From positions 209,777 through 250,516 of the forward strand of contig NMRA01000231.1 in assembly GCA_002633005.1 (NCBI GenBank): 40,740 nt of DNA, written 5' to 3'. The notes beneath the pieces are model-generated. The model was given only the letters and a program-made list of their open reading frames with translations, did no database searches and was not told the DNA's origin. The translations under genes were made by a program, and so were the position numbers. Origin of the DNA: Phoronis australis (Eukaryota > Animalia > Phoronida). Shown here one piece after another: positions 24,231 through 33,473 of the stretch (position 1 is its first letter; every line of letters starts with the position of its first letter).

Positions 24231-24395
24231 GGTTGCTATGAAGCTGTGGAAAAAGTGATCGCTAGCCAGAGTGCCATAACAATTGCCGTAACGACTTCCA
24301 TTCTAGTTTGTCAGCTGATACTGGTCATATTAGCTTGCTGTGTCTGTACATTTAAAAAGGAAGACAGAGAGGACAACAAAGTACATCCGAGTTAG
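24231..24395 (+). CDS. Duplicate of tetraspanin terminal exon (allelic/assembly copy or alternative last exon)
   Basis: Same acceptor and same peptide as 21892-22056. The two differences seen are synonymous (TGT/TGC, AAT/AAC). Confidence 0.55.
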   Translation, partial: GCYEAVEKVIASQSAITIAVTTSILVCQLILVILACCVCTFKKEDREDNKVHPS

Positions 24396-25535
24396 AAAAT
24401 GTACGTGTGTACCAGAAAGATTGACTTCCTGCAGTCACAACTGTGAGCGGTGGTTGATCTGAACACATGATACCGTCTAAACCGCTTCATAATAGAGACT
24501 GCAGTCGAGTGTCATCCATCAGAGACACAATAATGAGAAAGAATCCGTCGTTAAATTTGGATCCTAAAAACTTTAAACTACTGACAACAGCTCATTTCGT
24601 TAATATCTGATTATTATTATATCTTCTGCATTTGGTTTGTGTATGCAAGCAAGTGTGGCGGTTGCTCTAGATTGGCCTTGTTTCGAATGGCGAAACCTAG
24701 GCTGCGTTCTGTAGAGCGAAGTTCTCGTGAGGTTGACAAGATCACACAAGACCATGCAAAATCATGTGAATGAAAGGCAAGCGTTTTGTCTGCAACTTCT
24801 CTTCCTTACACCATGGACGCATCAGAATTGATTGGACGGCTTGGTTGGGATGGAATACAATTCATCCTAAAAGGTCCCTTAAGTGTCTCTCGAGTTTGTC
24901 TGAATCATTGAAGTCTACGCAAGATATCGCCATGTGTTACGAGCGGGGCATGTGAAATTACCCACTTTACCTCGCAAGTTGCTTTGCTGAGTAAACGCGC
25001 CCATCATTAAACGCTTCTTAGCGCGGGTAAATAACCTATTTGCTGTGTTATGTGTACATGTATTTGAAATTGTTAAGTTTCTCATAATTTTGCATTATGT
25101 TATGGGCTGATTTCGAAAATTTTTATTGAGCCTAATAGCCAATTATATGTTATAAGGTGATTTCTAAACCCAAGGTCAAAAACGAAAATTGTGAAGTAGG
25201 CTGGTCTCAACATTCTTCTTCTTTCAAAATCAATTAATTTCTGCCATTTAAGGGAATTGAAAGATCAGCAGCGCTTGTTACGAAGCAGCCTACTTTTTGA
25301 AGGCGTGACCAAACAATTCTGTAAAAACTTGTGGGTTTTTAGCTCTTTTCATTTCTTGTCGATGCCCGTGATTACGTGTTCGGGAATTGACCTTTTTACG
25401 GACAGCGGAAGTCTATGCGTGCGCATCATGATCTCACAGAGCTCAGATTTGTGGGATACAAATCTTCCTAATTCAGATTCCATAGAATTGGCCGACAGGC
25501 GATCGTCTACTCGGTAAGCTAGAAGTTGTTTTATA

Positions 25536-25773
25536 CATGCGTGCACCCAGGGGGCTCGAATTTTGGTATGCGGACCTTTTACTGAAAAATCAAAACGAGG
25601 ACTATAAATAAAAAACGGGCTACTAAGTTCAGACCTATGAACTGTACATTCGCGCCGAATTCCTGTGGACTTACGTCTCGATTTCTCGGACTTTTTGTTT
25701 CTCTGAGGCGAACCTTTTTGCCCATTTCGCCAAATAGGAAGGCTCGTTCGAGCCACCCCTGGGTGAGTGCATT
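25536..25773 (-). mobile_element. MITE family A copy within the duplicated block
   Basis: Matches 23197-23434 at an offset of 2339 bp. Confidence 0.7.
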
Positions 25774-27131
25774 TTTTTCAAACTACCTACGATAACCTGA
25801 AGAAATGTCTGCTTTAAATACTACTGAAAGGAAGTGACCTATTGACAGACAGTACATGTACATGTGCGTCTGCTAGCGGCACTGCTTTAGATGACCGCTG
25901 TATTACAATTATTCGTGATAGGCGTCTCTCGCTGTCCGTAAAATGTCAATGAAAACTGTTTGCTGCATGTGCGTCTTGTGGAGTATTACTCCTTAATATT
26001 TGCCTTTTAGCCAGCGAGTTCGAAGGAAATGATCCTAAGAGGTACACACCATGAGTGTAGATTTTTGATAATCACTGATCTTTTCTTGAAAGGTGTTGTT
26101 ATGTAAACTTATTCTACATACGTAAATTAATGTGAGGTTGCTATGAAGTGTGCTATACAAATAAATGTACAAATTAAACGCGTTAGTAGTGCACGTAGAT
26201 TTCTGTTTATCATGAGACGTACAGAGACAAGAAGCAATGATGCACAAATCCGGCTGAATTAGGAACACGATATCACAAAAATGACTGACTGACGGAATTC
26301 ATCATGCACTGTTCTCTAACACACACTTTGTAATTGTTTTTAAAGCGTTCCATTTTTTCATGCAGGGCTAAGATAGGAATTTTATCAAAAAATAAAATTC
26401 CGCATAAAACGAAAACGCAATGATAATTTAGAAAAGTTTAGCAGCGTTCTTGAGATTCCATCTAGTATATGCTGAGAGGATTTTGTACACGAATTTCATT
26501 TTATCCACATGAGAGCTAAGACAGATGTTGGACTCCTGCATTTTGCTGTTATTTTGTAATGTTTTTTCTTGGGGCTTGTTTTGTTACCCGGAAGTTGGTT
26601 CAAGACTGAACTGAAAAGTTGGACTTTAGAATACTTACAATGAATGTATTTGGGTTCTTCGTGGTATTCCTCATTGAATGTTTACACCTAGCGAAATTTG
26701 GTCATGTTGTTGTCACCGACGTTTGCTATCAACGTATCTTTCTTTTATATAAAAAATTTACAAAAAAAATTCCATGATCACGTGACCCAATTAATGGCAG
26801 ATTTTTATGGATTCCTGCACGCTTTCTACTCTTAGAAAATATACACTTTTCCTGAATTAAAATCTATAGTTTTGTAAATATTTGTCTAAATTCACTGACT
26901 TTTCAATATGTCCCCACATAACATTAAAACATGCATAATCAAGACAAAGAAAAGACCACGAGTTTCATTCACATTCTTTCATAGACTAAATAATGGCGAT
27001 ATCTTCATGTCCCCGTGTCAAATGACTAATCGCGGAAGAATTATAGCGGCTATAACCCCTCGTTCCGTCAAAGATTCGGTGAAGTTTTGAGTTCCACTGT
27101 AGACCGTTTAACGGATTAAAGTTGGCCTCAA

Positions 27132-27361
27132 CATGCGCGCACCCGGGGGGGAGAGGGGATCTAAGGAAAAAGGTCCGCCTCAGAGAAACAACAACACCGG
27201 AAAAGGTAGAAAATGAGAGAAAAGTCCACTAAAAAGCCATGAACTACCGAAATTCGGCGAATACATAATTCACAGCTCTGAAGGTAACCCCTGAATCTCA
27301 GTTAAGTCCACGTCATTCTCAAAAATTCGAGCCCCCCGTTTTTAGGCTGGGTGCGCGCATG
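27132..27361 (+). mobile_element. MITE family A copy with perfect TIR
   Basis: (aa)catgcgcgcaccc ... gggtgcgcgcatg(tt) perfect inverted termini. Internal similarity to 13472-13679. Confidence 0.8.
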
Positions 27362-27647
27362 TTTAAATTGTTCCAAGTGAGAAGTGGTTTCTGGTCTTGC
27401 AAAGAACTGACTGTTCGATATTCACTGAGATCACGCTCAGCGTACGAAATGACACGCAGGTAACAAACGCGGCGAGAAGTATTGACGTACATGTACTATC
27501 ATACAGTTCTTTCTAGCCTACGGAATCACCTCTTACTTGACTAAAGCAATTCTTGAGGTTTAATTTCATGACGGTAAGAGGCCTAAATCACCAGAGATTA
27601 ATTAATTTTGCTGATAATATGCGGTTTCCGAGCCCCGGATAGTAAAT

Positions 27648-28066
27648 TCAGTAGTAGCGCCACTTCCAGTATCTCGCGATAATTCTTACCGGGCCACCGG
27701 TCCCACCTTCTATTTTCATGGGCAACACCATCACTTCCGGAATGTATTCCGGAAGGCTGGTGATGTCACCGCCAAGATTCTCTACGATAAACTTTCCGGT
27801 GTACATGAACGCCTGGTGCACTGGGAATGGTTTGTCAGTGACACCGTCGGGATTCATGAGATCGACCATCAGTCCCTTGACGCCAGGCCGGTTTTTTATG
27901 ATCCAGTAAGCTGCATCACCACCCACAGCAGGAAAGCTCATTTTGCTGGTGTCGTTGTTATAAAGACCCAAGCCACCTATCTTTCCAGTGAAGTAGAGCC
28001 CTATGTCTTTGTAGTACTTACTCCAGTCGAAGTCTACTATCATTATAGTATTGTCGATGGTACGAC
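27648..28066 (-). CDS. Cyclase-family metallo-hydrolase (kynurenine formamidase KynB / isatin hydrolase-like), coding exon 3 (terminal)
   Basis: Acceptor ctgtttccag, phase 1. Encodes GRTIDNTIMIVDFDWSKYY...FPAVGGDAAYWI...PVHQAF...IVENL...LPMKIEGGTGGPVRIIA, with the family ENL and PxKxxxGxGxPxR motifs. Confidence 0.92.
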
Positions 28067-28330
28067 CTGGAAACAGAAAATGCAAAGTTCAAAACTCGTT
28101 CATGTAATGTAAAGGTTAAACTGAACTTTGAAAATATGTTTACCTGAGTTAATAGGAGGAGGAACTGATATTTATAAGATTGCGCTAAAGCCCGGAAAAA
28201 GTCTCTTTTTATTACCTGAATGAAAGGAGACCGGGAAACTGGCAGCGTTCATGGTCCGTGTAATTTTACTTGACCTAGTTTCACTTATGTATTTATGTAT
28301 TTTGCTGCAAGCTGAGTCATTGTGTATTTA

Positions 28331-28410
28331 CATGTATGTATGTATGTTTGTATGTATGTATGCGTGTGTGTGTGTGTGTGTGCGTGTGTGTGTTTGTATG
28401 TATGTATGCA
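28331..28410. repeat. (TGTA)n/(TG)n compound microsatellite
   Basis: Directly visible. Confidence 0.9.
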
Positions 28411-28433
28411 TGCGAAAGTCTTAAGAAGTCAGG

Positions 28434-28814
28434 AAAACTTAAGTTTTTAAAATTACAAAAACTTAAGTTTTGTGATAAACTTAAGTTATCAGAAAAACTT
28501 AAGTTTTGTTAGTACAAAAAACTTAAGTTTTCATGAAAACTTAAGTTATTACATGAAACTTAAGTTTATTTGTGAAAACAATAAGTTTTACACCTGAAAA
28601 AAATTAAGTTTTCTGAAAAACTTATGTTTTCTGAAAAACTTAACATTGTGCTGAAAAACTTAAGTTTTTCGCGAAAAACTTAAGTTTTAAAAACTTAAGT
28701 TTCTTTTAAAAACTTAAGTTTTTCGGAATAACTTAAGTTTTTCCTCTAAAACTTAAGTTATTTTCCAAAAACTTAATTTTTTTCGCCAAAAACTTAAGTT
28801 CATTTTTGTAAGGG
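28434..28814. repeat. Array of about 19 palindromic AAACTTAAGTTT units with short variable linkers
   Basis: Directly visible, period about 15-23 bp. Ends in tttttgtaaggg. Confidence 0.9.
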
Positions 28815-28899
28815 ATTGTGTGTTTGGTGCGTGTGTGTTTGCGTGTGTGAGAGAGTTTTTTCCCATATGCAAAATTGGTTGAATACACTACGCTTGTCG

Positions 28900-29350
28900 T
28901 TATTAACAATCCTTATTCAGAGCCGTTCATATCCTCGGAAAGTTCGACACGCTCAACAGAAAATTGATAAAGCAACTGACCAACACACATGATTAAAAGA
29001 CAAACGATACTTCGAAACAAACTTGTCTCATTCTCATGTGGAAATAAAATGACCCAGTAATACCACCACAGGGCAAAAGCTGGAGACAAATGTGGGACAC
29101 GGCAGGTGTGAAATACGCAAACAAATGTTGCGTGCGGCACTACCCTGTTTGCTGCTCATTCAAAACAGGCTTCTCGAATGAAATCAAAAGAGACTCCAAT
29201 ACTTTCAATCGCAGCTCATTGTGCTCTACGTACCGAATGCACGTGTTTTTCACAGCTTCTTTACGGATGATTTTACGTTCGTGACATTCCAGAAAATGTT
29301 CTTGGATGGCACCATTTTGAAGATGCATAACCGACAGGAAAGACAGCAAA
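28900..29350 (-). mobile_element. Penelope-like element 3' fragment (GIY-YIG C-terminus), cut by the assembly gap
   Basis: Minus frame MHLQNGAIQEHFLECHERKI...RLKVLESLLISFEKPVLNEQ fits the H...AI..H...H...L..LE.L.I....P.LN pattern. The downstream boundary is approximate. Confidence 0.65.
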
Positions 29351-30051
29351 NNNNNNNNNNNNNNNNNNNNNNNNNNNNNNNNNNNNNNNNNNNNNNNNNN
29401 NNNNNNNNNNNNNNNNNNNNNNNNNNNNNNNNNNNNNNNNNNNNNNNNNNNNNNNNNNNNNNNNNNNNNNNNNNNNNNNNNNNNNNNNNNNNNNNNNNNN
29501 NNNNNNNNNNNNNNNNNNNNNNNNNNNNNNNNNNNNNNNNNNNNNNNNNNNNNNNNNNNNNNNNNNNNNNNNNNNNNNNNNNNNNNNNNNNNNNNNNNNN
29601 NNNNNNNNNNNNNNNNNNNNNNNNNNNNNNNNNNNNNNNNNNNNNNNNNNNNNNNNNNNNNNNNNNNNNNNNNNNNNNNNNNNNNNNNNNNNNNNNNNNN
29701 NNNNNNNNNNNNNNNNNNNNNNNNNNNNNNNNNNNNNNNNNNNNNNNNNNNNNNNNNNNNNNNNNNNNNNNNNNNNNNNNNNNNNNNNNNNNNNNNNNNN
29801 NNNNNNNNNNNNNNNNNNNNNNNNNNNNNNNNNNNNNNNNNNNNNNNNNNNNNNNNNNNNNNNNNNNNNNNNNNNNNNNNNNNNNNNNNNNNNNNNNNNN
29901 NNNNNNNNNNNNNNNNNNNNNNNNNNNNNNNNNNNNNNNNNNNNNNNNNNNNNNNNNNNNNNNNNNNNNNNNNNNNNNNNNNNNNNNNNNNNNNNNNNNN
30001 NNNNNNNNNNNNNNNNNNNNNNNNNNNNNNNNNNNNNNNNNNNNNNNNNNN
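29351..30051. other. Assembly gap (701 N)
   Basis: Run of N. Confidence 1.
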
Positions 30052-30252
30052 CCCCCCCCCGCTCGGCACTACGAGCCTCGGATTCACACGAATCCTAAAA
30101 ACCCCTGCCTTTACTGAAAATTTAAACCTACCACTGTAGTGGAAAATCCATGTAACAACAGTAACTGAAACAGCGGTAACACTGGTGGCATCACAAACAT
30201 TTTCTTCCTTCAATATACTCGTTTGTTTTGAATACATGTGAGAAAACTTTAC

Positions 30253-30464
30253 CTGTTGAAGCCTCCCAGTCGAGAATATCTTGGACCGTCATCTCGTATG
30301 TATGGTTACTGTTGGTTTTGTGTCCCAGATGGATGACGCTAGCTGGTGCTACGAGCTGTTCCAGTGGTATCTTGTCCACTTTCGCCCCGTTGGGGTTGAG
30401 GTGGAAGGGAGCGTCAATGTGTGTGCCACTGTGCTCTATTCCTTTGTAGTTACCAGCAAAGAAG
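30253..30464 (-). CDS. Cyclase-family hydrolase coding exon 2 (metal-binding motif)
   Basis: Acceptor ctgttttag, phase 2. Encodes FFAGNYKGIEHSGTHIDAPFHLNPNGAKVDKIPLEQLVAPASVI...TVQDILDWE, containing HxGTHxDxPxH. Donor CAG|GTAAAG, phase 1. Confidence 0.93.
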
Positions 30465-30932
30465 CTAAAACAGAGTTTTGTCTTATCTAAAATAAATTTA
30501 AATCAAACGCGAACAGAATAAATGAAGAAACACTTTTTAATTAAACTTGAACTATACGACGGTCTTGTGTCACAGAGAAATATTTTATTTACATCACACC
30601 TTTAGGAAACTGATCCCAACTTCTTCCTAACTGAGTAATTTCTGGACTTTCAAATAACCACAGTGAATTCTTATCTACTTAGGACACATTATGGCAGACA
30701 TGTGTTATTTTTTTCAATTATTTTATCCATAAAATATTTTGCATTACGTTAATACTTTCCCATGTTCAATGTCTGTACCACAACTACATTTATCATCAAA
30801 ATGTGAACGTGACAACAATATCAGAAACCCTTGAAAACAAGTAATTCAGAATTTGGCAGTTATTTCGACGAAATATATGAGATTTTACCGTAATATAGTT
30901 AATTAAGGCTTGGGACCAACAAAAGGCTTTAA

Positions 30933-31265
30933 AGTTGCATTTCACACCATTCAGCTGTTTAAATACAAAATCGAATAAAGAATTTTACTCTCCTAGTCTC
31001 ATAACATTCCTAAAGATAGGATTCTATTTCCGTTATCCAGTCAAGTCACCGGAAATGCGTACATGCGCCATTTTCAAATTCGCAATTTTAGGATGGCCAA
31101 GTCTAATAAAATCTGAGTGGTTTCTTGAAAGGCTGATGGTTTCGATATTCTTGTTGGTAACGGAAATAGAATCCCATCATCGCACGGAATATCATGAAAG
31201 CCATTTCTTAAAGTAAAAAAAAACGTTTTATTTGCTTAGCCAACTAAACAGGGCGAAACGCACCT
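30933..31265. mobile_element. Possible Kolobok-like non-autonomous element
   Basis: TTAA flanks at 30929-30932 and 31266-31269. Imperfect TIR agttgcatttcacac / gggcgaaacgcacct. Confidence 0.45.
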
Positions 31266-33276
31266 TTAACACAATTGGTCATTTTATTGTGCGCAGAACA
31301 CGTTACTAAGTAATAACAAAACTACCATTTTCTACTAGACCAGCAACCACTTCTTATTTGTAGCACCAACCAGTTAAGACTGGTGCTACTTGCAAACTAT
31401 CCACTTTTTTGCGAGCCCAGTAAATGCATCCATTTGAGATGACCCCAGTAAACGAAGCCATGTCATTAATGACCCATAGATAATTCGATGAGATTTTTAA
31501 AACGGATTTATTTACGCGGTATTGTTACGCCACCGATTAACTTAAAAATAAAACTGACCGACACAAACACGAATCGGACAGTGTGAGTAAGAGACTTCGG
31601 ATGACGTATGCCGCGCGATGTTTGGTCTAAGCAACTCCATCATCGGAAGATTTTGATAACGACCTGATCGATAGAGTCTTGCCGGGGTCAATATATTTCG
31701 GCACGACTGATTATGTTCACAAATGTTTACAGACAAAATGTTGCCCCCCCTTGTGATATCCTAGATCCGCTACTGTTCAGGGCCATATTTTCAGAATACA
31801 GGTCTAAATAACCAATCGACCCGTTCTCGGAATCTGTCCAACCAATGAATTATACCAGGTGATCATTGAATTTCACCTTCTGTGTTACGGCCACATTGAC
31901 GTACGTTCCGAAACTTGTAAATTTTTCCCACCCCTTGCCATCCTCCCTTTTCGGCATTTTCTCGTGCCTCCACGTGGCCGGCGCTTTTTACCAGAAATTA
32001 TCATCTTTATTTAACTTATTTAACTATTTATTACTTGGTGAACTGAAACACAAGATTACCTAACAAAGAGAATACCTAAGGCCTCGTGACAATCATCAGC
32101 CTACGAGAGCCAAACTCAAGGCACGTGATAACAATAGACCAATAACAAGAGCTGGGAAAGTGACGTGTAGTCCTACAAAGGGGACCAGACCGAAATGAGG
32201 GGGAAAGGAGTAAGACGGGTCCATATGCTCACAACGAGTGAAATACCATTTATGATCGACATATGTCCCGAGTAATATATAAATGATATGTGCGTCACGA
32301 GCTCGTTACCAGAGGTGGGAAGGAGACCGAGGTAGGCAATATAAGGCCATTTATTATGCCTAATGCAATCACAAGTAACAAATTGTAAAGTGAAATAAAA
32401 AATGATCTCTGATAAGATGGGCAATAAAAAAGCGCCACAAGAGATGTTGTAAGACAGTTCAATTTTTACGCCTCTATTCCGATTTTATAGTTTCCACAGG
32501 AAATGGAAAATAGAACTTAGAAGCTTTCAAGCCTTCTACTCCAATAAGGAACAGTAATTACCCTCACTATGTCACCTAGTGAAAAGAGTCACTTTATTGG
32601 TAACTGTGTTGTGTGTGGATAGAATTGGTTCGGCTGACCTCGTGACATTGGAGAAATTCAAAAGATTTCTTTAATACCGCCTCGAGGTCGATACCCATCC
32701 AGTCCCAGTCGACTACCACTGTTTCACCTACACCCGCACCTCTAGCTCCTTCGACAACGACAAGCCCCTTCCCTCACCAACAGCAGCTTTACTTCTTGCG
32801 TTCCCTTCTGTTTATACTTGTTTAAAGTCTGACTTCTACGCTTCAAATGGTAACAGCAGCTGAATCACTCGGTAGAGTATGTGAGTTACCAACAATGTGC
32901 TGGCACTTCGTATTGTTGGGCTCCTGGTGGCCGAGATTTGAAATGATTGATAGGTTGCAAACTAACAGTTGAAAAGTTTTAAACAGTAATACTTATTTGA
33001 TATAATTTGCTGCATGCACAGTCCGTATTTTAAGAAACAACTTTTTTGTGAAATGTGGCTACACACAAACTAAATAAACCAGCTAAAATGTGGAACATGT
33101 GTGAGTCAAAATGCCTGCGAATCACAATTTTCAAATTTTATCTTCCTATAAGTCATTAGTATACGGTGGTGAGATAGGACACAAGAATTTATTTTGCCCA
33201 AATCGAGCACTCGAATTATAATGCGGGATGCAATAAATTATCAATTCCTTTCCCAGCCAACGTATTGAATACTTAC

Positions 33277-33473
33277 GTCAAATTTCTGGCTGTAACATTG
33301 TTTTCCATTTTGTACTGGAATCTGGAACTGGGACCATACAACGGATGGTAACGCGCATGCTCATTAAAAGGGTGCGTCAGGTCTACTATTTCCCGCGACA
33401 AGTATCGTCCACGGTGGTTGCCGCAACTTCCAACTGCCACCATACAGAGAAATATGATTTCTTTGTAACCCAT
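33277..33473 (-). CDS. Cyclase-family hydrolase coding exon 1 of 3 (model 33473-33277, 30464-30253, 28066-27648; 275 aa), with signal-peptide-like start
   Basis: MGYKEIIFLCMVAVGSCG...EIVDLTHPF has a hydrophobic leader and the family (I/V)DL(T/S)H start motif. Donor AC|GTAAGT, phase 2, matches exon 2. Upstream acceptor ttgtttcag just above 33484. Confidence 0.9.

Larger units (their letters stand above)
21273..25956 (+). repeat. Tandem duplication of about 2.34 kb (21273-23617 and 23622-25956) joined by a single N
   Basis: Both copies begin aagta(c/t)tacatttagctaaacgag and end aaatgtcaatgaaaac. Identical ORFs are offset by 2339 bp. N at 23618. Confidence 0.95.

Noticed and set aside
28434-28800. 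CRISPR-like look of palindromic repeats with variable spacers
   Set aside because: Repeats are about 12 bp, linkers under about 10 bp, there are no cas genes and the context is a eukaryotic intron.
29351-30051. Missing hydrolase exon hidden in the gap
   Set aside because: Exons 2 and 3 join in phase (G|GT) and give continuous family-like sequence DWEASTGRTIDNTIMIV.
29140-30237. 365-aa and 298-aa ORFs in the track
   Set aside because: They are artefacts of translating through the N gap.
31745-31775. hAT-like terminus (CAGTAGCGGATCTAGG on the minus strand)
   Set aside because: Only one end was found, with no partner TIR or target-site duplication.
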